From assembly GCF_006345805.1 (NCBI RefSeq), contig NC_042999.1, positions 21,576,001 to 21,640,000 of the forward strand: DNA of 64,000 bases, given 5' to 3'. The DNA comes from Octopus sinensis (taxonomy: Eukaryota). The position numbers and the translations under genes were made by a program. Below are positions 49,578 through 62,350 of the stretch, in pieces; within the stretch, counting starts at the first letter, position 1; each line of letters opens with the position of its first letter. Under the pieces are notes generated by a model. That model did not search any database and was not told where the DNA came from. It was given only the letters and a program-made list of their open reading frames with translations.

Positions 49578-50175
49578 AAGCCAGCGAGCTGGCAGACACG
49601 TCAGCACACCGGGCGAAATGCTTAGCGATATTTCGTCTGCCGTTACGTTGTGAGTTCAAATTCCGCCGAGGTCGATTTTGCATTTCATACTTTCGGAGTC
49701 GATAAATTAAGTACCAGTTACGCACTGGGGTCGATATAATCGACTTAATCCGTCTGTCTGTCCTCGTTTGTCTCCTCTGTGTTTAGCCCCTTGTGGGTAG
49801 TAAAGAAATAGGTATTTCGTCTGCTGTTACGTTCTGAGTTCAAATTCCGTCGAGGTCGATTTTGCATTTCATACTTTCGGGGTCGATAAATTAAGTACCA
49901 CTTACGCACTGGGGTCGATATAATCGACTTAATACCTATGTCTGTACTTGTTTGTCTCCTCTCTGTTTAGCCCCTTGTGGGTAGTAAAGAAATAGGTATT
50001 TCGTCTGCCGTTACGTTCTGAGTTCAAATTCCGCCGAGGTCGACTTTGCCTTTCATCCTTTCGGGGTCGATAAATTAAATAGTTACGCACTGGGGTCGAT
50101 GTAATCGACTTAATTCGTTTGTCTGTCCTTGTTTGTCTCCTCTGTGTTTAGCCCCTTGTGGGTAATAACGAAATA
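49578..50175 (+). mobile_element. SINE-B tandem array (head plus 3 x 184 bp)
   Basis: Unit starts at 49630, 49814 and 49998. Confidence 0.95.
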
Positions 50176-50195
50176 CGTACTATATAATGAGTCAT

Positions 50196-50393
50196 GCTAA
50201 ACATAGAAGGGACAAACAAGGACAGATAAAGGTATTAAGTCGATTACATCGACCCCAGTGCGAGACTCGTACTTTATTTATCGACCCCGAAAGGATGAAA
50301 GGCAAAGTCGACCTTGCCGGAATTTGAACTCAGAACGTACCGACAGACGAAATACCGCCCGGCGCTCTAACGTTTCTGCCAGCTCGCCGCCTT
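50196..50393 (-). mobile_element. SINE-B monomer, tail-to-tail with the array
   Basis: gctaaacatagaagggac...gccagctcgccgcctt. Confidence 0.92.
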
Positions 50394-50729
50394 CTATGTA
50401 TTTATATATTAACTATAAGCGACGAAACAACTTTTAATACCAAAAGGTAATCTTCATATACAACTTAACATGGCTGTCTTGTTAGAATAGCGAATATTGT
50501 GTTATTAGCCTTGAAAGATATTTTCATATTAATGCTTGTTGCATGAAAGCACACACTTAGACCGCAAAAGAAGAAACTCATCTGTCATTGGCGATGCACC
50601 TCCCATAACACGTGGCATTATTATTCTGAAAACGATCAGTAGGAGAGGTTTGATCCCTGCACACCAGTCAAATTTCGCTGCTACGGTATATAGAATATCA
50701 GAATTTTTTCTGACACTGATATCGTAAAT

Positions 50730-51121
50730 GATGGATGGAAGCACTCCGTCGGTTACGACGATGAGGGTTCCGGTTGATCCGAATCAAAGGAACAGCCTGC
50801 TCGTGAAATTAACGTGTAAGTGGCTGAGCACTCCACAGACACGTGCACCACTAACGTAGCTCTCGGGGATATTCAGCGTGACACAGAGAGTGACAAGGCC
50901 GGCCCCTTGAAATACAGGCACAACAGAAACAGGAAATAAGAGTGAGAGAAAGTTGTGGTGAAAGAGTACAGCAGGGTTCATCACTATCCCCTGCCGGAGA
51001 CTCGTGGAGCTTTTAGGTGTTTTCGCTCAATAAACACTCACAACGCCCGGTCTGGGAATCGAAACCGCGATCCTATGACCGCGAGTCCGCTGCCCTAACC
51101 ACTGGGCCATTGCGCCTCCAC
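50730..51121 (-). mobile_element. Full-length SINE head C plus tail Y with a 10-bp TSD
   Basis: TSD TATCGTAAAT at 50720-50729 and 51122-51131; A box TGGCCCAGTGG, B-box-like GGTTTCGATTCCC; tail ends (CCAT)n. Confidence 0.93.
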
Positions 51122-51631
51122 TATCGTAAATAACCAGTAGGCTAATTAAGAATTCAATATTAGTGACGAAAGCAATATTGATTCCAAAATATAATTGCCC
51201 GCAGTATTCGGTGTTCTAACAACTCATTCACGTTAAGTAGGATATGAAGACTATCTGTTGCTATTTATACTGCTTCTGTCACCAATAGCTAATTTTTAAT
51301 AAGTCTACTTGCTTTTTGTGATACCAGTGTCTGAAGAGATATTCATATTCTATGTTTCGTAGCAGTAAGATTTGACTGGCATGTAGTGTCCTGACATCTC
51401 ATAATTACGATTTTCAGTAGATTGAAATCACGTGATATAAGAGTTCCGGTACCCATCACAAACGATTCTTGTCCCTTACATTTATATGTGTTTGTTTTAT
51501 GTACCAAGTGCCTATACGACATGTTCTCTCACGGTTAAAAACGTAGTATTCGGTGCTCTAACAAGACACCCTGAAATTCTTTGCCTGTATTGATTGGCAT
51601 GTATATATATATATACACACACATACATACA

Positions 51632-51669
<38 letters not shown>

Positions 51670-51689
51670 TAGCCACATCACATTCTATA

Positions 51690-51830
51690 TTTTCTCTCCT
51701 TGTCTCTTTCTGAGCGTAGGCTCGAAACGTCGAAGACATTTCTATTTCTCCCGAGCGTCAAACTAATACAACTGATCGTTGTTCCTTCGCCCCGCCTATG
51801 TCTTTTCTTCCCTGTACATTTGAACTACAT
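51690..51830 (+). mobile_element. ~150-bp (TA)n-flanked element F carrying a core-deleted HHR-like motif
   Basis: CTTT-CT-[deletion]-GAGC gtag GCTC-GAAA-CG-TC-GAAG; homologous to 63355-63510. Confidence 0.7.
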
Positions 51831-51840
51831 ATATATATAT

Positions 51841-52186
51841 ATATTATATTAAATTAGAGATAAAACCACTATTAGGCAAATCATACAATGAAAAACTTAA
51901 GCCAATACATAAGATTAATTAAGTTATATTATTTAAATATGTATCAAAATTATTAAAAAAGATAATTAATATAACACTACGATCGTTTCATGGCTGTTCA
52001 ATTCTTAAAATTTTCGACTGTAACTCGAGAACAGCCATGAAACGATCGTAGTGTTATATTAATTATCTTTTTTAGTAATTTTGATATATATTTAAATAAT
52101 ATAAATTAATTAATCTTATTATTGGCTTACGTTTTTCATTGTATGATTTGCCTAATAGTGGTTTTATCTCTAATTTAATATAATAT
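51841..52186. repeat. Long inverted repeat (~159-bp arms, 29-nt spacer)
   Basis: 51841-51999 versus 52029-52186, with few mismatches. Confidence 0.96.
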
Positions 52187-52262
52187 AATATTTTACTATA
52201 AAATTGGATTCAATCCTAAATCTGATTTTTCCCTGTAAGTTTGGATTTATTCCCTAATATTT

Positions 52263-52307
<45 letters not shown>

Positions 52308-53261
52308 CACACATACCTTTATATATATATATATATATATATAATTCTTTATGTGAGTGTGAGATTGTGTGTGATACCAAGGCATTTTCAACGTAAGCAA
52401 AACTGCAACTACGCGTCAAATGAGATTTAAGTATGTTTCTTCTTTAATTGGTTTATATTTGTGATCCGAAATTTTACTTCCAGACCAGACGGTTTTCCGA
52501 AGATATACTTTTACGTTGTACGTATCACATTTTGATGCTGAGTGTATTTATAAATTATGCATTTACTATGGAAATATATACCTTTCAGGTATATCTCTGT
52601 TTTTTTTATTTCTATTTTCGGGATTTTTGACTAGATTTTGGTCTGTTATTTAGATTAAGATTTTTTTAAAAACTGATATCAGTTGAATTACCTCTGGTGT
52701 TGAGGAAAGTAATAACGTTATTTCTTGGTATTTTTCTTTATTTTTCTAATTCAAATGCAAAATACGCATTCTTTACACCTCAGGTTGAATGATAGAGATG
52801 CTATTTTGAATGTTTGTCACGAGTTTTAGGCAGAATTTATCTGGTGTTGCTTCGATTTTATTTTTCCTTCCGTTGATGAATTTACACGTGGTGGCTAGTC
52901 AGCTATTAGTGAGATTGCGATCAATACAAAACTTAAATTAAGGCAAAAAGCAATAAAATTCGGATGAAATGATAACCCTTATCTGATAAAGATTTTTGTA
53001 AAAATGTTTTGCTTTTCTTCACTACTACGTTATGTATGGAAATTGATATTTTTCATAGACTACGTTGCTAATTCTCGTTCTAATTTCATTCCCTTTCCTT
53101 CCTCTCGTATTTTATTTTTCAGTAATCTTAATTTAATTCCGAATATTCTCTCTCCACCCAATGGAATGCAGTTGTTTGTGCCTGAGTACAGAGTTTTGAT
53201 TTATTTGCTTTTATATTGTCTTCAACGTTCTCAATGTAATATTGACGTATGACGCAATGGT

Positions 53262-53698
53262 ATTCTTTTCTACTCAAGGCACAAGGCTGAAATCTTGGGG
53301 GAGGTGGGGGCGAGTCGATTATATCGACCTCAGTACGCAACCGGTAATTAATCTATCGACCCCAAAAGGATGAAAGGCAAAGTAGATTTCGGCGGAATTT
53401 GAACTCAGAACGTAAATACTAACGAAATACTGCTAAGTATTTCGCCCGGCGAGCTAACGCCTCTTATTTCTTTATTGCCCACAAAGGGCTAAACTTAGAG
53501 GGGACAAACAAGGATAGACAAACGTATTAAGTCGATTACATCGACCCCAATGTGTGACTGGTACTTAATTTATCTATCCCGAAAGGATGAAATGCAAAGT
53601 CAACCTTCGGCGGAATTTGAACTCAGAACGTAAAGTCCAACGAAATATTGCTAAGCATTTCGCCCGGCGTGCTAAAGTTTCTGCCAGCTCGCCGCCTT
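53262..53698 (-). mobile_element. SINE-B pair (B2-tailed unit plus B1-tailed monomer)
   Basis: ggcacaaggctgaaatcttgggggagg tail, then tttctttattgcccacaaagggctaaac tail. Confidence 0.9.
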
Positions 53699-53972
53699 TC
53701 ACCCAACGGTATTATTTTATATATGCTATTTTTGGTTACAGACTTTTCATTAGATATTTGACTCTTTCAGAAGTTTTTCTTTCTTTCCGATTCATCACTG
53801 GATATTCATGTATGGAAGAGGCGTTATTTGTACCCAAAAGACAAAACTTAATGAGTACTTATTATTATAGAGCTGGTAGAATAGTCACTACTTAACGGCA
53901 TTTCATCCGCCTTTACGTTCTGAAGTCGATTTTGTCATTCTTCTTTTTGGGACAATAAAATAAGTAATAGTA

Positions 53973-54296
53973 GGGGCACTCCGTCGGTTACGACGACGAG
54001 GGCCCCAGCTGATACAATCAACGAAACAGCTTGCTCGAGAAATTAAATTGCAAGTGGCTGAGCATTCCACAGACACGTGTACCCTTAACGTAGTTCGCAA
54101 GGAGATTCAGTGTGATACAGTTTGACAAGGCTGGCCTTTTTTTGTAATACAGTTACTACTCATTTATGCCAGCTGAGTGGTCTGGAGCAACGTGAAATAA
54201 AGTGTCTTGCTCAAGGACACAATGCGTCGCTGAGAATCGAACTCACAACATTACGTTCATGAGCGGAATGCCCTAACCACTAAGCCACACACCCTC
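53973..54296 (-). mobile_element. SINE with head D plus tail Y
   Basis: Same architecture as 35916-36231. Confidence 0.88.
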
Positions 54297-54389
54297 ACAC
54301 TAAACTAAGTACCAATTGAGAACTTGAGTGGATGTAATCGTTATAAACCTTCCCCGGACATGCTCACCTTCTCCCAAAATTTAAAGACA

Positions 54390-55660
54390 TTACTATTCTT
54401 TTAATCCAGGTTTTACTGGCACTCGTGGACTCTTACATGAGTCGTGTACTTGCTAACTGTAACATGCAGTACCATGCTATTTGTTGTCTTCAGTTATCTA
54501 ATATTTTCTTGATTATTCTCGCCGTGCTAAGGATGCAACTTTTTGCAATAGACAGTGCAGTCCATTCCTATCTCATTTCAATACCTTTTGATATTCTCCT
54601 CAAGGCTACAACTGTAATCGGCAATATCTTCACATTTTCATCTTTCACACTCGAGCTATCCTCCATTTACGAGGACTGTATACATCGATTTTTTCGTGCT
54701 ATGAGGGTTGTATTTATCTAATTGCTCGCCTTCCTTCTTAACTATTCGTGGGTCAGACGGGCATGCAACTTCAATTATAGAGCACTAGTAGTTCACCTTC
54801 CTAGCACCACTAATCTGACTTGTTTTGCTCAAACATCCGGTCTATTTCCATCGGAAAATCACACAGAGTTTTGCAATCCCAGTGGACTACTCTTCCTGTT
54901 TTGTCATGTCTTTTCTTGTTTTCTTTCTGTGTTACATTCACTTACTATGGGTAACACTTCCCTCTTTTGATTTGCATAACCTACATTGGGAATCTACTTC
55001 GTGTTTGCCTATTTTGGTTTTTACCCAATTAGTCCTTAATGCTTGATCTTGTGCAGATGCTAACAAATTTACTACCTCCCCTTTAAGCTTTCATTTCTGC
55101 AACCATAGCCATGTCTCACTAGTACTCTTTACAGCAACTATCTTTCGTAATCTATCATGTTACATCTTCTCCCGCTGGTCAGATAATTTTTATTCTGTTT
55201 TCTGATTTTCAACTTCATTTGAGTTTGTTGGTTTCTCTATTTCTTGCTGTGACTCTAGCAACTTTTAATAAACTTTCTTCACTATTACCTACATGGAAGT
55301 CTATATCTACTGTAGCTAACTCCACGCAGTCTTCTACTGATTTAACTCTCTTCCACTTTCCTTTCTATGTAAGTATAACCTTGCTACTCCCGCCTAGGGT
55401 GGAGCCATCCTTTCATATTGAATTCCTCCCTAGTTCTTCTGTCTAGCTTTGCTAATACAGTTTTTGTCTAATCTACAAAAGCTGCTATCTAAGTAATGAT
55501 ACTGCACAAGTATTTACATCCTTCTCTAGATTCGAGTCATTTAGCTTTGACTTCATTAGCTTTCTCACCCTTCTGATGTAATCCTTCTCAATTATCATCT
55601 TCATTTCTATAGTTAGTACTCTGTCAGATTCTAATACTCCTTCTCATGACTAATATTGCG
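54390..55660 (-). mobile_element. R4/Dong-like element, family 6 (RT thumb, CCHC, RLE), heavily decayed
   Basis: Minus strand: KDYIRRVRKLMKSKLN, LDRRTR...RLYLHRKESGRELKSVEDCV, SAQDQALRTNW, CRLCKSKEGSVTH, IIEVACPSD...QLDKY, SCILSTARIIKKILD*. Confidence 0.85.
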
Positions 55661-56099
55661 ACGTGATGGCCATTCCTGAGACATGATTTTTCACATGTCT
55701 GATGAAATTGCAATTTGCTCTCATGTGGAGGTTAAAGTTTGACCTTCGGAATCTCATACATATATGTTTATGCGTCACTTCTTTTAAGCTTAGCAGCCCT
55801 TCCTGTTTGTTTTCACTGTCCTGTTTTTTGTTACCAATTTTGACCATCCGCAAAATCCCAGATTTTATTTAATTGCTTTCTCGAAGGCGTATCTTGTCAT
55901 TAAATTGCTCGAAATACGGATTAGAAAAACAGCCAACAACTGATGAAGGGCTATTCGTTATGTTGCTTGTCTTGTTTTCCATTTGTTACTTTCGTTGTTC
56001 GCAAAAAAGTTCATATTCCATGTATTCGTATTTCGTATTCCATATTTTCGTATGTTTTTGTTTGCGTTTTGCGACGACCTGTGCCCACATATGCATATA

Positions 56100-56525
56100 A
56101 ATATAAACTCCGACGTCTGGCAGCTGACTTGGCAGACACCCATAAAATTATCAACCATCGCACAAACAATAACTCTGAGCACCTCTTCAAACTCCACCCA
56201 TCTAACACCCGTGGACATATTTACAAAGTAAGAAAACAACACAGCTCCCATGACTTCAGGAAACATTTTTTCACGCTGAGAGTTGCTGAAGCGTGGAACA
56301 AACTGCCGGCATCGGTTGTTAGTTAGTATGGAGCACTGCATCCTTCAAAACTTCCATGCTTCCTGAGATTCGCCAACACTACACTTGATTTTCTCCTCTC
56401 CATACACACACAAGCATGTTCACTTTCCAGACATTTCTACATTACTGCATGTACTTTATATGCACTTTCTGACAAGTTGTGGTGCACCTGAGCACTGTAT
56501 ACAATAATTTCATTATATTATATTA
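56100..56525 (+). mobile_element. CR1-like LINE 3' end
   Basis: LRRLAADLADTHKII...SNTRGHIYKVRK...RKHFFTLRVAEAWNKLPASVV; tail aataatttcattatatt. Confidence 0.88.
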
Positions 56526-57019
56526 TTATATACGTATGTATATATGATTATATATATACATATAAGTATATTTAGTATATGATGTAAGTTATTGAAGGAA
56601 CTTCGACAAATTCAATCATATTTTTCTTAAAAGGAGATTAGATGTTAATATGGAATGAAATATTTTTCTATTAATTTTGCTAAGCCGCATTGATTATTAA
56701 CGGTTAAATATAAATAACAGTCTCCAGTATTTAAAATTCCGTACTTCCTTATTTGGATATTCTCTTTTCATCCATACTTGCTTATAACTTCTTATATGGG
56801 AGTTTTAAATTAGCTCCTTTATACTAATCTAGAGAGAGAAAACACCTATATTTCTATATTATATGTATCATCACCTACCCGTTAACAGATAGTCGTGTTT
56901 TAAATAGGCATGACCCCAATAAGAATTACACATTACAAAAATTAGTAAGAACACCATACCCTTGTATTTCTAAAGTTTCCTTTTTCTTTATTTAGATTTT
57001 ATTATATTTTTTTCTTATT

Positions 57020-57101
57020 GTGCTACTGATGAGTAATCTTTGACAATTCACATTCTTAAAATTAATTTATTGTCTCTCTGTAAGAAACGATCATATATCA
57101 C
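57020..57101 (+). ncRNA. Degenerate type I hammerhead motif
   Basis: GTGCTA/TATCAC (5 of 6 pairs), CTGATGA (57026-32), inner helix GACAAT/ATTGTC, GAAA (57084-87), CGATCA (near-palindrome), then UA. The base of stem II is mismatched. Confidence 0.5.
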
Positions 57102-57383
57102 GAAATGAATAAAAAATATTTTATTCCATCTTAGCATCTAATCTCTTCCATTTACCAAAAGTATGAATGAATTTGTCGAAATTCGTACTATAACTTACGT
57201 CATATACTTAATATACTTATATAACCTTTCATATCTACGCCAATTTACATAAGTAAATTCAAAGTAGACTATGAAGAATCAACGTTTGAAATCTTTTGGA
57301 AGTTACTCCAATTAAAGGACGAATCTACATTTAACACTTTTGAAATTTTATATATACATATATATTACATATATATATATATA

Positions 57384-57438
<55 letters not shown>

Positions 57439-58312
57439 GTATGTTTATAGATAGATAGATAAATAGATAGATAGATAGACAGACAGACAGGTAGATAGGT
57501 AGTATACTTATATATATATACATATATATATACACACATATATATGTATATATATAGACATATACGTATGTATGTATTTATATGTATATATGTATATATG
57601 TATATATATATATATACAGATGTGTTTGTTCATATATATACGTATATATATTTATGAGTGTGTGTGAGTGAGAGAAACTACTCAGACGAAGATATATTGC
57701 AGCGCTAGACACCATTATAGAGAAACACACAGTATTGTACTTTTTCTTTAAGAGAATCAATGCATTTTATATCACCATATGAATAAAGAAAAGAAAATTC
57801 CATTTCCACTGATTTATTTCTGTTTCATTCTTAATACATACATGCATGCACACATACAATCACGCCTAAACAAACACACAGAGGCATATTACATCCATGT
57901 ATATATATGTATATATATGTATATATATGTATATATATATGTATATATATGTATATATATGTATATATATTTTATATAAATATATATTCATAAGAGTACA
58001 CGGATAGCAAAATATTCTTTTTGATCATTGATGTTCGAAATCTAGGTACAAGTGGTAACTATTGAAAATGCTTTTATTGGTCATATCTTTCAAATTACTA
58101 TTAACCATGGTTTGTGCTTTGACTGCTCATTTTAGCATGTACGGTGTCCTGTTAGGGTCACTTCTTTTGTGTATATATATATCTATCTGTACACACACAC
58201 ACACATTCGTGTTCTCATGTAAATATAGATTTATATAAAATATATATACATACACACACACACATGCACATCTACATATATATATATATATATATATATT
58301 AATATATATATA

Positions 58313-58364
<52 letters not shown>

Positions 58365-58439
58365 CGATTGATACATACATACATGCATGCATACATACAT
58401 ACATGCATACATACATACATATATACATACATACATACA

Positions 58440-58640
58440 TATGTGTGTGTTTGTGCTCTACGACAGCTTAACAATCAATGTTGGTGTGTTTACATCACCC
58501 AACTTAGCGCCACGGCATAAGCGTTCGACAGAATACATACCTGGCTTTAAAAATATTACTGGTGCCTCTTCGTTCGACTAAAATTGTTTCCAGTACGGTG
58601 TCATAGAATGGCTGCAGTCTTGCGGCTGAAACAAAGAGGA
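58440..58640 (+). mobile_element. Old SINE-A 3' half
   Basis: gttggtgtgtttacatcaccc...aatggctgcagtcttgcggctgaaac. Confidence 0.7.
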
Positions 58641-59510
58641 GTGAAATTTAAAAGATACTAAAATGAGTGTAGGTATATTTTTTCATGTAACTGAAGCTCG
58701 GCTGATTATGACAATTATTGACACACTACAATTTTTCCTAGTTCATGTACGATTCAATTTCATATTCTCATAGTAATGTAGATGTTACCCATGAGAACAC
58801 ACAACAGTAGTTTCTGGTAGGAAACATATCCTTGAAATGTCTTTACTTTGTAGTCTCTTTCTTACTTGTTTATTGTATTCCATTTTGCCATTCATATATC
58901 TTCTATTTCAATGGGTTGCAGTCTTATATCTATGTCTCACATTCTTATTATTTATATATATTTATGTGCTTCCTTCATTCATGTGTTCTTGTCTCCATGA
59001 CATGACATAAAAATGTTATACATGTTTAATATATTTTATGTCTTTATGGAAAATATGCAGTCGATGAAGCACGACTGCACTTCTTTCAATGTACACTTCT
59101 TTCGCAACAGTTCTATTCACTATGTTTCTGAACATTTATCAATATCTCTTCTGCACCATCTTTCGATCCTATTAATTTTATAATGCATAGAATGTTTTTT
59201 CCAGGACAGATACCAGCTGTCCATTTATGATTTTACTTGTTGGCGCTGGCCCCACAAAGACGTATCCACTAGCAATCATCACCTACATACACGTGTGTGC
59301 ATCTTTGCATATGTATTAAATTCTCAAGAGAATTCTTGCGGAATTTTTAATTTTGGTTTCAAATGATGTATTTTCAAATTAATTTTCGTAAAATTATTTT
59401 CGTGAATATATTGTATATCATTTTAAAGCCCGTTTTTTGCTCTATATAATCGTGTTACGCTTTTTATTTTTCAATAATTAGGCCATTTTTTCTGGAACGT
59501 TGAATGCAAC

Positions 59511-60262
59511 ATGGACAAAAAGCAAATTCGCAAAATTTTCTTATTCCAATTTCAAGCTAGGCAGAAGAGCTGTTGAAACAGCTTGCAATATCAACGATGC
59601 GTTTGGCCCATGAACCACCAATGAACGTAGAGCACAATGGTAGTTCAAGCAATTTCGTAGCGTTGACGAGAGTCTTGAAGATGATAAGCGTAGTGGTCGG
59701 CCATCGGATGTTGACGACATTAACTAAGTGGCTTAGCCAAAGTCAATCCACGCACAACTGCTCGAGAGCTTGCTTCTGAATTAGACGTAACGTACACGAC
59801 AATTTCCAACCACTTGAAAGAGATTGGAAAAACAAAAATGCTTGAGAAATGGGTGCCACAGCTTTTTGGATCCCGGCGAAACCATTTCGGCGGAGAAATG
59901 TTGTCAGCAAATGGATGAAAGGCATAAGAAACTCCGACAACAACAGCCAACATTGGTCAATAGAAAAGGACCAATTCTTCTCCACGACAACGCTCGGCCG
60001 CACGTCGCACAACTGACCCAACAGAAGTCGAACAAATTGGGCTACGAAACTCTGCCTCATTCGCCATACTCACCAGATCTCTCGCCTATCGACTACCACC
60101 TTTTCAAGCATCTGGACAACTTCCTGCATGAGAAATGCTTAAGATAACCAAGACGATGCCAAAGACGCCTTCAATGACTTCATCACCGCCAGAACGCAGG
60201 ATTTTTACGTTACTGGCACAAATAAACTTGTTTCGCATTGGAAAAACTGTGTTGATTCTGAC
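59511..60262 (+). pseudogene. Mariner (DD34D-type) transposase pseudogene with internal deletion
   Basis: MDKKQIR...SLEDDKRSGRP (HTH region), KWVP, LLHDNARPH, YSPDLSPIDYHLF. Multiple stops and frameshifts; WVP joins directly to SFLDPGETI. No clean TIRs seen. Confidence 0.92.
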
Positions 60263-61311
60263 TGTAAAAATGAACGGGAGACAAACGGAAGGTCCGTAAT
60301 TCTTCATCGGTTATTGACTGATTGGTATTATTCAGTTTTGCGCCTTTAACGATAAGACTGAGTGCTTTCCAATTGGCGGGACCTGCAAAAAATGGTTTCT
60401 TGCGGAGAATTAGGAACAAAACAAAATAGAAGCAAAACGTCAAAGATTGAGATTTAGGACGGTGGACAAGGACGAACAGTCGAAAAAAATTCGGCCTTGG
60501 GGTCAAGGAGACGAGAATAGTGGGTAACACTTAGAAAATGACTTGAAGGATGGAGAACGGAGAAACAGAATTTGCGACTGGGCAGCTACGGAACCAGTGT
60601 AAGAAGGGAAGTAAAAAGGGAACTGGCTAACCTTCACGTGGCAGCAGTAGGCAGAGGATGGGGACAGCAAAAGAGGGTGTGCGCGAGGCAGAGAAAAAAG
60701 GAAAGGGATGAAGGGAATGCAGAATGGCTAGGAATACAAGAGAGAGAAAGAAAAGGAGTAAATAGATAGGTGAAAGGGTGGGGGAAAGAAAAGGGGAAAT
60801 AATGAAGGCAAGAGAGAGAGAGAGAGAGAGACTCACACCGGTATATAAAAGAAAAGGATATGTATAAATATTCACCCACAATTATACACAATAACTAGGA
60901 ATCAATCCTTAGATATCAACAACTGCCCGAATAGAACATCTACTCTGATAATTTTTCCTGGCATTTGTCCCTTGAACAATTTTCCCAATTAAGAGAATTG
61001 ATTAGTGTTATTATAAATTATTTAATTATTAACTATTGTAATTTCTAATTACGCAGTTATTAGTTATTGTAATTATCAACTGGGCATTTAGTAATTATTG
61101 CAATTATTATTCAATTGATATTTTGAAGGGGACGAACTTGAAGAATCGTTAAAGCGTGGGAATATGATCTGCAGTATGTTGTACCTGCATTTTATATTCT
61201 AAGTTCAAATCCTGCGGTTGCTAGGTTTTCTGTTTGTTCTTTCGTAAAAGATAACAAGGTACTTGGGGTGAGGGTAGTAACTAACTTACTCCACTGAAGA
61301 TGCTTACCTTG

Positions 61312-61495
61312 TAAATTTCGTCTGCCGTTACGTTCTGAGTTCAAATTCCGCCGAGGTCGACATTGCCTTTCATCCTTTCGGGGTCGATTAAATAAATACC
61401 AGTTACGCACTGGAGTCGATGTAATCGACTTAAACCGTTTGTCTGCCCTTATTTGTCTCCTCTATCTTTAGCTCCCTGTGGGCAATAAAGAAATA
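61312..61495 (+). mobile_element. SINE-B unit, preceded by an old B copy at about 61130-61290
   Basis: tttcgtctgccgttacgttctgagttcaaattcc...gggcaataaagaaat. Confidence 0.9.
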
Positions 61496-61562
61496 AATTA
61501 AATCAGATCACTTGTTTTCATTTGTATATAGCGCACAACTTGTGTTTACCGGTAGAATTATA

Positions 61563-61748
61563 GCTATGATCCGCAATCGGTATGCCGCGGCACACTGATG
61601 GGCCACGAGACAATGCTAGATGTGCCACCGTGTAACCTGAATATAATTTCTTTCCCTACACTTTTAGTTATATTTTTACTTCAGGTGTGCCGCCGAAATT
61701 TGAAAAGAATATAAGAATACCACAAGTGAAAAATGGTTTCGAAGCAAT
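61563..61748. mobile_element. Degenerate hAT/Charlie-like MITE
   Basis: Internal (G)TGTGCCGCG-type repeats, and ends resembling CAGTGNTTCSCAACC...GGTTGSGAANCACTG (from recall). Confidence 0.5.
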
Positions 61749-62004
61749 GAATTATAGTAATATATGGATATACATTTATGTTATAATTCCTTCATATTTT
61801 CAATCAGTAATATATTGAAAATGCAACCTTAATCAGTTTTATTTACAGAAAAACATACTTGTACTTTTATCGCAACTTTTCTCTTCTTTGAGGGAATTTT
61901 TCACGGCCACTTGTCGAAAACGTAATGTCCACAGGTGCAATTGTCTAAGGACAGTTGTTGTTTGGCGCCAAATAATCAATAACTGAGACAGTGTAAACCA
62001 GAAA

Positions 62005-62350
62005 ACAGAATCGTTAGCATGTCTGGCAAAATGCTTGGCGGTATTTCGTCTGCCGCTACGTTCTGAGTTCAAATTCCACCGAGGTCGACTTTGCCTTTCA
62101 TCTTTTCGGGGTTGATTAAATAAGTACCAGTTACGCACTGGGATCTATATAATCGACTTAATCCGTTTGTCCTCTCTGTGTTTAGCCCCTTGAGGGTGGT
62201 AGAGAAATGTGTATTTCTCCCAGATTTTAGATTCTGAGGTCAAATCCTATAAAAAGCTTACCTTTTTATTCCTTCGGTGTCAATAAAACAGAGTGCCAAG
62301 AAGTACCGGAGTCGATGTAATCGACTTAATTGTACACTAAAAATTACTGA
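62005..62350 (+). mobile_element. SINE-B monomer plus degenerate second unit
   Basis: cagaatcgttagcatg...gagttcaaattccacc...gtttagcccc. Confidence 0.85.

Noticed and set aside
26787-54296. tRNA-like sequences at SINE heads as true tRNA genes
   Set aside because: No closed acceptor stem, and each continues into a SINE core and tail.
60263-60800. GC/purine-richer segment after the mariner, with a TATA-like box near 60842
   Set aside because: No recognisable ORF, repeat boundary or promoter context; cannot be assigned.
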